Below are positions 55,578 to 64,000 of a DNA stretch of 64,000 nucleotides, in pieces. The notes under the pieces were generated by a model that had not been told where the DNA came from, did no database searches, and saw only the letters and a program-made list of their open reading frames with translations. Source of the DNA: Deltaproteobacteria bacterium (lineage in GTDB: Bacteria; Myxococcota; Kuafuiibacteriia; Kuafuiibacteriales; Kuafuiibacteriaceae). Both the position numbers and the translations under genes were made by a program. The stretch is from assembly GCA_040218735.1 (NCBI GenBank), contig JAVJQW010000061.1, positions 192,001-256,000 of the forward strand, in the 5' to 3' direction. Each line of letters starts with the position of its first letter. Position 1 is the first letter of the stretch.

Positions 55578-58133
55578 ATGGCGTCACCCTACCGTCTCCC
55601 GCAGGTCGTCCGGCCGACACGCTACGACGTCGACCTCACCACCAGTCCCTCGAAGAGCGACTTCTTCGGCACCGTCACGATGCAGCTCGCCGTGCGCGAG
55701 CAGACCAACCGGATCGAAATGCACGCCAAGCACCTCGAGCTGGCGGACGCGCACCTCGTGCGCGGCGAGACGAAGACCCCGCTCGACTTCACCCACGACG
55801 CCGAGCAGGAGACCGTCACGTTCACGACCGGGGCGGCGATCGAACCCGGCGACGTCGCGCTGACCGTCGCGTTCAAGGGCGTACCGAGCCCGAGTATGCA
55901 CGGCCTCTACCTCGCCGCCGACGGCGAAGAGCGCGCGGTGTGCACCCAGTGCGAGGCGACCGACGCCCGCGCGATCTTCCCGTGTTTCGACGAACCGGAG
56001 TTCAAGGCGCGGCTCGCCTGGACGATCCGCACCGACGCCGAGCTCGTCGCGCTCGCGAACGGTCCGCTGATTGAACGCACCGAAGAGGACGGCATGTCGG
56101 TGTGGCGCTTCGAGGCGACCGCCCCCGTGTCGAGTTACCTCGCGGCGATCGCGGTCGGCGACTTCGCCGGCACGGAAGAAACCCTCGCGCACGACACCCC
56201 CGTGCGGGTGTGGGCGATGCGCGGGAAGGAGTCGCAGGCGAAGTTCGCGCACACGTTCACCGAGAAGCTCATCCCGTACTACGAGGACTACTTCGGCATC
56301 GACTACCCGTACGTGAAGTACGACCAGGTCGCCGTCCCCGGGTTCGACGCGGGCGCGATGGAGAACGTCGGCCTCGTGCTCTTCCGCCAGAACCTGCTGC
56401 TGATGGGTTCGTCGTCGGCGTCGTGGAACCAGGAGAAGCTGATCGCGAAGGTCATCGCGCACGAGCTGGCCCACATGTGGTTCGGCAACCTCGTGACGAT
56501 GAAGTGGTGGGACGACCTCTGGCTCAACGAGGCGTTCGCCGAGTGGTTCGCCCACAAGGCGTGCGACGCGGCCGCGCCCGACTACCTCGTCTGGTACGAC
56601 TTCCAATCCGACAAGAACCGCGCGCTCGTCGACGACGCGCTCCCGACCACGCACCCGATCTGGACGGCGGTCGAGACCCCCGACGAGGCGATCGAGATGT
56701 TCGACGTCATCACGTACCAGAAGGGGTGCGCGGTGATGCGGATGCTCGAGGACTACCTCGGCGAGGCGCCCTTCCGAGACGGCCTCCGCACGTACATGGC
56801 GGAGTACGCCGAGAGCAACGCGCGCGGCGCCGACCTGTGGCGGCACCTCGAGCAAGCGTCGTCGCAGCCGGTCGGCGCGCTGATGAAGAGCTGGATCGAG
56901 CAGCCCGGTTTCCCGATCGTCGACTACGACGTGGAGGGCGCGACGATCGTCGTGAAGCAGAAGCGCTTCTGGTCGAAGCCCGACGCCCCCGACGACGACG
57001 GCCAGACCTGGAACGTGCCGCTCGTGGTTCGCTTCGCGGACGACGAAGGGATCAAGGACCACCGCTTCATCCTCGACGGGACCGAGGGCCGCGCCGAGCT
57101 GCCGGCGAAGGGCGCCATCCGGTGGTGTTTCCTCAACGCCGACGGCATCGGCTTCTACCGCACGGCGCCTTCCAAGCGTGTGGTGCAGCAGATCCTCGCG
57201 AGCGCGATCGAGCACCTGAGCCCCGTCGAGCAGATGGGGTTCATCGAGGATCAGTGGGCGCTCGTGCGGAACGGCACGCAGGACATCGGCGCGTTCATGC
57301 CGGTGCTCGAGGAGTTCGTCGCTTCGCGCGATCACAACGTGGTGCGTTCGCTCGCGGATCGGTTCGGTTCGTTGGAGGCGCTCCTGGAGCTCGCCGGCGA
57401 AGAAGAGGCGCTCGCGAAGATGCGCGCGGTGATCGGCGAACGCTTCGCGCCGCACGTGGCGGAGCTGTCGTACGCGCCGAAGGACGGCGAGTCACAGAAC
57501 GACACGCAGCGCCGCGCGATCGCGATCTTCTCGCTCGCGTCGATCGCACGCGACTCGGACGCGATCGCGGAGTGTGAAAAGTACGCCGAGCAAGAGCGCG
57601 CCGACCCGCGTTCGATCGATCCGAACCTCACGGGCACGTTCGTCGGCATCGCGGCGAAGTTCGGTGACGCCGCGCGCTACGACGCGTGGGAGTCGACCTA
57701 CGTCGCGCGCCGCAAGGGCGCGGCCGCGCCGCAAGAGAGCTTGCGGTACCTCTACACGTTCGCCGCGTTCCGACCTGAAGCGCTCACCGCGCGCACGCTC
57801 GCGCACCTCGACGACGGCTTCATCCCGCAGGAGGCGGTCGGCAGCATCGTGTCGCAGCTCCTCGGGCACCGTCACAGCCAGCTCGCGGCGTGGGCCTACG
57901 TGAAGGCGAACTGGTCGACGCTGCAGAAGCGCGTCGGCGACATGGGGATCTCGCGCGTCGTGGAGTCGGTGGGTCGTCTGCCGGGGAGCGAGCGCGCGGA
58001 CATCGTCGCGTTCTTCGAAGCGAACCCGCCGAAGGGCGCGGAGCGCGCGCTGGCGCGTGCGCTGGAGAGCCTGGATCAGCGCGAAGAGCTGCTGAAGCGC
58101 GTGACGCCGGGGCTCGTGGCGTACCTCGCCTAG
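55578..58133 (+). CDS. pepN: M1 family aminopeptidase (PepN/puromycin-sensitive type) with ERAP1-like C-terminus
   Basis: TQCEATDAR.IFPCFDEP..KA, GAMEN, HELAH.WFGNLVT..WW.DLWLNE, YQKG. Confidence 0.93.
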   Translation: MASPYRLPQVVRPTRYDVDLTTSPSKSDFFGTVTMQLAVREQTNRIEMHAKHLELADAHLVRGETKTPLDFTHDAEQETVTFTTGAAIEPGDVALTVAFKGVPSPSMHGLYLAADGEERAVCTQCEATDARAIFPCFDEPEFKARLAWTIRTDAELVALANGPLIERTEEDGMSVWRFEATAPVSSYLAAIAVGDFAGTEETLAHDTPVRVWAMRGKESQAKFAHTFTEKLIPYYEDYFGIDYPYVKYDQVAVPGFDAGAMENVGLVLFRQNLLLMGSSSASWNQEKLIAKVIAHELAHMWFGNLVTMKWWDDLWLNEAFAEWFAHKACDAAAPDYLVWYDFQSDKNRALVDDALPTTHPIWTAVETPDEAIEMFDVITYQKGCAVMRMLEDYLGEAPFRDGLRTYMAEYAESNARGADLWRHLEQASSQPVGALMKSWIEQPGFPIVDYDVEGATIVVKQKRFWSKPDAPDDDGQTWNVPLVVRFADDEGIKDHRFILDGTEGRAELPAKGAIRWCFLNADGIGFYRTAPSKRVVQQILASAIEHLSPVEQMGFIEDQWALVRNGTQDIGAFMPVLEEFVASRDHNVVRSLADRFGSLEALLELAGEEEALAKMRAVIGERFAPHVAELSYAPKDGESQNDTQRRAIAIFSLASIARDSDAIAECEKYAEQERADPRSIDPNLTGTFVGIAAKFGDAARYDAWESTYVARRKGAAAPQESLRYLYTFAAFRPEALTARTLAHLDDGFIPQEAVGSIVSQLLGHRHSQLAAWAYVKANWSTLQKRVGDMGISRVVESVGRLPGSERADIVAFFEANPPKGAERALARALESLDQREELLKRVTPGLVAYLA

Positions 58134-58211
58134 GCCATAACGGTACCTCGCTTCGCGAGGGACCTTGGCACAGTCTTCGGACCCGCCGCTCCGCGCCCGG
58201 CCTCAGCCTAG
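58130..58211 (-). repeat. 82-bp CTAG-bounded REP/MITE-like element, copy 2 (inverted)
   Basis: Reverse complement is CTAGGCTGAGGCCGG-GCGCGGAGCGGCG-GGTCCGAAGACTGTGCCAAGG-TCCCTCGCGAAGCGAGGTAC-CGTTATGGCCTAG. Confidence 0.85.
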
Positions 58212-58262
58212 TGGTCGAAGCGCTGCTCGAGGCGAGGGCCCGTGCGCAGCGTCGTCAACGCG

Positions 58263-59612
58263 CTAAGCCGACAACCCCAGCCGTCGCCCGATGTTCGACG
58301 ACAGCTTCCCGTCCGGATCGTACTTCGCCTTCACGGCCTTCCACTCGTCGAGCTTCGGATACATCTGCTCGAACATGTCGCGCCCGAGGAACGCGTCCTT
58401 GCCGAGATAGATTCGGCCGCCCATCTGAAGCACGCGCTCGTCGAGCTTGCGCAGCACCTCGGCGAGGCCGTCGCGCACCGGGAAGTCGATCGCAAACGTG
58501 TACCCCTCGAACGGGAACGACAGCTGCGTCTCCGGGCGCTCCGGTCCGAAGCGCTTCAGCACGTTGAGGAACGGCGCCTGTCCGCAGGTCGCGATGGTCT
58601 CCATCAGCTCGCGGATGTTCTTGCGACCGTCCTTCATGGGGATCACGAACTGGTACTGCGTGAACCCGCGCGCGCCGTAGCCGAGGTTCCAGTCGCCGAT
58701 CGCGTCGAGGGGGTAGAAGAACTTCTCGTAGTGCGCGACGGCAGCGCCGTGTTTTTGCACCTGGTCGAGCACCACGTTCGCGAGGCGGATCGTCGCCGTG
58801 TTGAGCGTCGCGCTCGGCAGCGGGAACGGCACCGCGAGCGGCGAAGGCGGGCTCACGCGGAGCGGTTCCTTCTTGTACTTCGCCGGCAGGTCGGCGGCCT
58901 TCAGATGATCGCCGACCGTCAACACGCCGCGGCCGAGCTTCGCGCCCGTCGCGAGTGAGTCGACCCACGCGACCGAGTAGGGGAGGTGGTTGTACTCGTC
59001 GAGCGCGTCGAGCATCGCGTCGAGGTCTTCACACTCGACGGCGGTCTGATCGAAGTACGTCGTCTCGACCTTCCGCAGTCGGATCGTCGCCTCGGTGATG
59101 ACGCCCAACAGCCCGAGCCCACCGAAGTTCGCCCAGTACAGATCGGCGTTTTCGTCGGGGCTCGCGTTCACCGTCTCGCCGTTGGCGAGCGTGATGCGGA
59201 ACGAATCGGTGCAGCGCGAGAAACAGCCGTCGGCGTGGTGCGCTTTGCCGTGGATGTCGTTCGCGATGCACCCGCCGATCGTCACGAACTTCGTGCCGGG
59301 GGTGATCATCGGCATGAACCCGCGCGGCGCGAAGTCGTCGAGGATCTGCTCCAGGCTCACCCCGGCTTCGCAGGTGAGTGTGCCCGTCGCCGGATCGAAG
59401 TCGCGGTAGCGGTCGAGCCCGGTGAGGTCCGCGACGCAGCCGCCCTCGTTGATCGCCTGGTCGGCGTAGCTGCGACCGAGACCGCGCGCGACGACGGTGG
59501 CCCCGTTGTCGTAGAGCGCGCGCACGTCCGACAGGCTCGACGGGCGGACGAGGTCGCAGTCGACGCGGGGGTACAGGCCCCATCCGGAGAGGGAGACGTT
59601 TCGGGAGCGCAC
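58263..59612 (-). CDS. DprE1-like FAD-binding oxidoreductase (VAO family)
   Basis: LSGWG, ARGLGRSY.D, PGTKFVTIGG.IANDIHGK.HH, FFYPLD, YG..GF.QYQ, GGRIYLGKD. Confidence 0.88.
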   Translation of the reverse strand: MRSRNVSLSGWGLYPRVDCDLVRPSSLSDVRALYDNGATVVARGLGRSYADQAINEGGCVADLTGLDRYRDFDPATGTLTCEAGVSLEQILDDFAPRGFMPMITPGTKFVTIGGCIANDIHGKAHHADGCFSRCTDSFRITLANGETVNASPDENADLYWANFGGLGLLGVITEATIRLRKVETTYFDQTAVECEDLDAMLDALDEYNHLPYSVAWVDSLATGAKLGRGVLTVGDHLKAADLPAKYKKEPLRVSPPSPLAVPFPLPSATLNTATIRLANVVLDQVQKHGAAVAHYEKFFYPLDAIGDWNLGYGARGFTQYQFVIPMKDGRKNIRELMETIATCGQAPFLNVLKRFGPERPETQLSFPFEGYTFAIDFPVRDGLAEVLRKLDERVLQMGGRIYLGKDAFLGRDMFEQMYPKLDEWKAVKAKYDPDGKLSSNIGRRLGLSA

Positions 59613-59739
59613 GGCGATAAGCCTTTCAGGGCGCGCGACAGTCGTCTAGAGCAGGTGGAACCTAGGGTTCACCTAGCGTTCCGAAAGGATCGGCTCGTGC
59701 TACGCGTGCCGATCAAGCGATCTCGACATGGTCCACGCC

Positions 59740-59981
59740 CTCTCGCGCCCGAGTTGACCTTCCCGGTGAGCGCCGCGGTCCACCCGTCCGGGCGGTTCGT
59801 CTTCGTGGCCGGCCTCCAGGACGTCTGGAGCTTCGCACGCTACCTGTACGTCATGGCCTTCGGCGTCGGCGCCCAGGCGAATCAGTTCGCGATCGAGGAC
59901 GACGGGACGCTCACGCCGCTCACGCCGTTCCAGATCCCGATGTGGACCGACAGCGTCGCGGCCAGCGCGACCTGGCGTTGA
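59740..59981 (+). pseudogene. Remnant of a lactonase-like beta-propeller gene
   Basis: Only about 2 blades (AVHPSGRFVFVAG; RYLYV...QFAIEDDGTLTPL) and no clear start. Confidence 0.45.
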
Positions 59982-60040
59982 CGGGGGGCCGGCCACAACG
60001 CCGGTGACCGTTGGACGGTGCACGGCGTACAATCGCGGCG

Positions 60041-60490
60041 ATGTCCCGAACCGTGGAGATCGGAAAATCGCGTCGCTTCGACGTCTCCGTGCAGCAGCAG
60101 GACGACAAGGTCGTCGTGCGGGTGAAGGCCGAGCGCGCCGAAGACGAAGCCATCGCCGAGGTGATCAACACCGGCTGGATACGCGGTCCCCTCGCGCTCG
60201 TGAACGGCGCGCGCGACCGCGTCGGGTTCTCGTTCGATCAGGTCGGCGTGGTCTTTCAAGGCGAAGCACCCGAAGAGTTCCCGCGTGGCGCCGCGAACCG
60301 CGTTCGGCTCGACTACTTCGAGGATCAGGTCGAGCTCCTCGCCGCGGACTACGCGAAGCTCGTCGGCGCGATCGCGGAGGCCGCGACCGAAGGTCCGCTG
60401 AAGGACGCGCTCGCCGACGGCGCAAAGATTCACGCGGTCGCGCAGCAGCTCGGCAAGGCCGGCCGGCGGCGCGGCGTCGTCACTGATTGA
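60041..60490 (+). CDS. Hypothetical protein, candidate toxin immunity protein
   Basis: 149-aa acidic cytoplasmic ORF whose 3' end overlaps the toxin 3' end by 11 bp. Confidence 0.6.
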   Translation: MSRTVEIGKSRRFDVSVQQQDDKVVVRVKAERAEDEAIAEVINTGWIRGPLALVNGARDRVGFSFDQVGVVFQGEAPEEFPRGAANRVRLDYFEDQVELLAADYAKLVGAIAEAATEGPLKDALADGAKIHAVAQQLGKAGRRRGVVTD

Positions 60491-63400
60491 TGCCGAACGA
60501 CTGAAGCTCGCCGTTCCGCACCCACCCGATGAACTCCACGCCGTTGACCACGCGGGTCACGGTGCCGTTGCCGGTGACGTCGCCGAAGACGTCGCTCATC
60601 AGCCGGTCGATCTCCTCCTGCGACCACACGTCGGGATCGAAGACGGTCTTGGTCTGCGGACGTGAGCTCGTGGTGCCGACGTTGATCGTCCCGTCCGGGT
60701 TCGCGGTGTACAGCCGGTAGTCGACGACCTCGATGCCCGGGAACCCGGGGACGTCCTGCCGTCCCGTCACGCTTCCCTGTCCCGAGAGCGCAGACGCGAA
60801 GTCGTCGGCGTAGTGCCCGCCGTTGATTCCGCGTGACCGCGTGCCAATCGTCCCGGCGCCGAACATGTGCTGGAACGTCGGGTCGAAGTTCTGCGAGATC
60901 AGCGCGCCGGATTGGAAGTTCGTCGGGTGCGGGACGTAGTCGTTCGCGCGACGTCCGTTTCGGATGATGCCGCCGCGCATCGCGTCGAAGTCGAACAGCT
61001 CACCCGGACGCGCCCCTGAAACGCTCGGACGCGCCACTGCCTGCGCACCCCAGAACGCCATCGACAATCCGAGCTGCGCGCGCTGCGCACCGTCGAGCTC
61101 GTCCCACTGCGTGAGCAGCGTGTGCCCGGCGTCCGCGACCGCGAGACCGTCCGCCACCGACGCGCCGATGTTCAACGCCGACGCCGTCGACGCCGCGAAC
61201 GGCGTCAGCGCGCTGCTCCCGCGCGCGAGGCGCGAAGCGATCGCCGTGGTTCCCGCGCTCGCGAAGCCGAGCGCGTCCGCGCCGAGCGCGAGCCACTCCG
61301 AGCGCGCGCCGGAGTCGGTGAGTGGGTTGATCGACTGGCCGTGCTGATAACGATCGTTGAGCCGGTCCGCCGTGCGGAGCGCGCCATAGAGTGAAGCGCC
61401 GCCCAACACAAACGGCGCCGCGGTCCCGCCGGATCCGACGAGCAACAACCCGCCCGCGATCGTCCCGCCGACGAGCGCCGCGGTGTCGAGGAACTGGAAC
61501 GCACGCTCGCCGAAGGTGTCGACGGTCTCGGGCGTGTTGCGGCTGCCGAGCCGCGGGCGATCTTCGGCGCCCTGCTCCAGGTGACCGTCGACCGGGTAGG
61601 TCATGTACCCCGGCGGGAGTTTGTTGTTGCTCCGCCAGTCGTCGAAGCTGTCGTAGGTGCGTCCGATGTTGTCGACGAAGCGGTCCTCGCCGGTCTCCTC
61701 GTCTTGCACGCGGAAGAGCGGGATCTGCACCTGCCCGGTCGCCTCCGTGGAGTAGAAGATCGGGAGCACCGTGACCTCGGCGTCGTCGCCGCCGACCTCG
61801 CGGATCGCGTCCGTCACGACCTCGACGTCTTCGGAGAACTCACCGTCCGCGTAGAGGCTGTGCTCACCCGCCGCGATCGCCGCTTCGCGGTCCGCGATCT
61901 CCGACTCCGACTCCCCCTCCGGTACGGTCGGCGGGAACCCCATCGCGAACCCGACCGTGTTGTCGAGGTGCGAACCCGAGAGGACCTGCGGCTCGTCGCC
62001 GCGCAGCTCGAGGAAGTCCGTCGCCGCGGGCGCTGCGAGGCGACGCATGACCTCGGGGTGCGACCAACCGTTGCCGTCGTGATCCTCGAGCATCGACGCG
62101 TCGAGGTCTTCGTTCGTGCGGAACAACGCGAGCATCTCCGCGCGCGCGGCCGGCGGCGTGTGCTCACCCGCGAGCAGATCGAGCCCCGCGTCGGTCCCGA
62201 GGATGCCGGCGAACCGCGCGGCCTCCTGATCGCGGCGCACGTGATCGTCGGGGTACCAGTGCTTCGCGAGCGCCTCACCCATGTCCCGGGCGAGCGTCGG
62301 GTTCACGTCGTAGGCGCGCTCGTCCATTTGCTCGAACGCCGCCTGCGTCACCGCCGCGGATCCTTCGGTCGGCTCCCCGATCGCCGCCGCCTCGACGAGC
62401 GCCGCAGCCTGGAACCAGCGGTAGTCACCGGAAGGTCGCCACGGTCCCCCGCTCTCTCCGTTGCTCGGCTCGAGCGCGGTGACGAGGCCGGCCGCGTCCT
62501 CGCCGAGGTCGTCGATCAGCGCGCGCCGCTCCTCGGGCGTCTCCAGCGCTTCCAATGCGCCGATCGCCAACACCGCCGCTTCGTCGCTCGCGCGGAACTC
62601 GTCCGGGAAGTCGCCGCGACGCTCGATCGCCGACTCCGCGAGCGCGCGCGACACGGGCTCGCGAAGCTCTGGGTGATCATCCGCCAGCCACGCGAACTCG
62701 TTGACGCCGTAGTTCAACGACGCGAGCTCGTCGTCGTCGATCCAGCCGTCGACCGCCTGCTCGACGAGGTACTGCTGCTCGGCCTCCGTCAGCTCCCCCA
62801 GCTCGGAGTCACCGAGGAGCGCGTCGGCGAGGTCGGCGCCCGGGACGTTCCCGTCGTACAGGTTCTCTTCGACGTGTTCGCGGATCTCGGTGCGGCGGGC
62901 GGGCGACACCGACGCCGTGCTGTCCGCGTACATCGCGTTCGCGACGAGGTCGAGCTGCGGATCGCCGTGCGCCGCGATCCGCTCGGCGCGCTCTTCGGGC
63001 GGGACCGACAAGACGTCTTGCACCGTCTCCGCCGCCACCGCCGCCGTCTCGACGTACGCCGGTCCGCCGTCCGCGCCGACGCCCTGCGCTTCGATCCATT
63101 CGTCCGTCGTCGCGAAGCTCGCGCCGGTCGTGGGGTCGGTGACTTCTCCGGTCTCGCGGTCGCGCACCAACGCGTGACCGGCGCCGTCCGCGTTGCCGTC
63201 CTCGGCGCTGCGCCGGTCCTCCATGAACACGACGTCGTCCTGCCCGGGGCGGGCCGCTTCGACGGCGTGTTCGAGGCAGTTCTCTTCGCCGTCGTCGAGC
63301 TCCTCCGTCATCAAGGACGTGGCTTCGAGGTCCGACTCGATCCGATCCCGCAACAAGCGCGTGGAGGCGTCGTCGATCGCACGACGCTCTTCCGGGCGCG

Positions 63401-63560
63401 CCTCGGCGTTGACGCGCCTCGGCTCCGGGGCGGTCGTCGCCTCGGCCTCGGGCGCGGGGCTCGTCGTCGGGGCATCGGCAGTCTTGGTCTTCGGCGCGTC
63501 GACCCGCGGCTCCTGCCGCTGGCGAATCTCCTGACGTCGCGTGGCGCTCGTGACGGACAT
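60480..63560 (-). CDS. Polymorphic-toxin-like protein: papain-like module, DUF4781-like region, hydrophobic helices, C-terminal EndoU-type RNase
   Basis: NCLEH...GHALV...TDP; PLFRV...RFVDNIGRTYDSFDDW..NNKLP; GGTIAGGLLLVGSGG; H...GINGGH...KTVFDP...NGVEFIGW. Confidence 0.75.
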   Translation of the reverse strand: MSVTSATRRQEIRQRQEPRVDAPKTKTADAPTTSPAPEAEATTAPEPRRVNAEARPEERRAIDDASTRLLRDRIESDLEATSLMTEELDDGEENCLEHAVEAARPGQDDVVFMEDRRSAEDGNADGAGHALVRDRETGEVTDPTTGASFATTDEWIEAQGVGADGGPAYVETAAVAAETVQDVLSVPPEERAERIAAHGDPQLDLVANAMYADSTASVSPARRTEIREHVEENLYDGNVPGADLADALLGDSELGELTEAEQQYLVEQAVDGWIDDDELASLNYGVNEFAWLADDHPELREPVSRALAESAIERRGDFPDEFRASDEAAVLAIGALEALETPEERRALIDDLGEDAAGLVTALEPSNGESGGPWRPSGDYRWFQAAALVEAAAIGEPTEGSAAVTQAAFEQMDERAYDVNPTLARDMGEALAKHWYPDDHVRRDQEAARFAGILGTDAGLDLLAGEHTPPAARAEMLALFRTNEDLDASMLEDHDGNGWSHPEVMRRLAAPAATDFLELRGDEPQVLSGSHLDNTVGFAMGFPPTVPEGESESEIADREAAIAAGEHSLYADGEFSEDVEVVTDAIREVGGDDAEVTVLPIFYSTEATGQVQIPLFRVQDEETGEDRFVDNIGRTYDSFDDWRSNNKLPPGYMTYPVDGHLEQGAEDRPRLGSRNTPETVDTFGERAFQFLDTAALVGGTIAGGLLLVGSGGTAAPFVLGGASLYGALRTADRLNDRYQHGQSINPLTDSGARSEWLALGADALGFASAGTTAIASRLARGSSALTPFAASTASALNIGASVADGLAVADAGHTLLTQWDELDGAQRAQLGLSMAFWGAQAVARPSVSGARPGELFDFDAMRGGIIRNGRRANDYVPHPTNFQSGALISQNFDPTFQHMFGAGTIGTRSRGINGGHYADDFASALSGQGSVTGRQDVPGFPGIEVVDYRLYTANPDGTINVGTTSSRPQTKTVFDPDVWSQEEIDRLMSDVFGDVTGNGTVTRVVNGVEFIGWVRNGELQSFGINQ

Positions 63561-63627
63561 GGTCCGACCATCATGAGCTTTCAGGCTCGGCCGTTTGATT
63601 ACTCGGCGATTTCACCGCCGCGGTGCG

Positions 63628-64000
63628 TCAGACCTTGTTCGCGACGAGCAGCCCGATCCCCGCTCCGAGCGCCAGGAGGCTCAGGACGAGGAAGATCAGC
63701 ATCCCGACGCTGACCTGGACCCCGGACTTCTTCTCGAGGTGCGGCGGCGGCGGCAGCGTGGAGAGCCCTGCGCTCCCCAGGGGATCGACGTGCTCGGCGG
63801 CGTGCGGCAGGTCCGAAGAGACGTGCGACGACGCCCGCGCCGCAGCCAGACCCGGCGACGACGGGGCGGGGTCGGCCGCGAGCGCGCGCAGCGACTCCGG
63901 CGAGAGCGAGCCCCCGGCCGGCGGCGGCGGGAGCAGATCGGAGGAGACCCGCCCGTTGGTCGGCGCCGGCTTCAGCGCGAGCTCCGGGGCCTCCGGCGGA
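63628..64000 (-). CDS. 3' end of a Pro-rich protein with C-terminal TM helix (possibly a kinase tail; truncated by the window)
   Basis: Minus-strand frame ends ...VSVGMLIFLVLSLLALGAGIGLLVANKV* with TGA at 63628-63630. Confidence 0.6.
   Translation of the reverse strand, partial: PPEAPELALKPAPTNGRVSSDLLPPPPAGGSLSPESLRALAADPAPSSPGLAAARASSHVSSDLPHAAEHVDPLGSAGLSTLPPPPHLEKKSGVQVSVGMLIFLVLSLLALGAGIGLLVANKV

Overview
This is a very GC-rich, densely coding bacterial window. It looks like Myxococcota or a related predatory deltaproteobacterium: a MYXO-CTERM protease, myxobacterial Cys-rich repeats, three complete Ser/Thr kinases with a probable fourth at the right edge, an FHA-sigma54 activator, and many lipoproteins. 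There are about 50 CDS. These include housekeeping genes (mog, orn, hrpB, sppA, ggt, a MATE transporter, PolX), many peptidases (VanX-like, DUF1460, M36, M14, M2, M1), large surface proteins and a vanadium haloperoxidase-like protein. I saw no rRNA, tRNA, CRISPR array or transposase. The best candidate for a novel system is at 60041-63560. It is a 1026-aa polymorphic-toxin-like protein with no signal peptide, built from a papain-like Cys-His-Asp module, a DUF4781-like region, hydrophobic helices and a C-terminal EndoU-type RNase. Its only plausible immunity gene lies tail-to-tail with it. Other highlights are two diverged, inverted, CTAG-bounded 82-83 bp elements flanking the M1 aminopeptidase gene, a 200-bp hairpin element, a 10-bp-phased GGACA array, a BPI/LBP-like lipoprotein, a lipidated DUF2252 kinase-fold protein, and a PolX with degenerate catalytic sites. 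All family assignments come from motif recognition by eye, not database searches.
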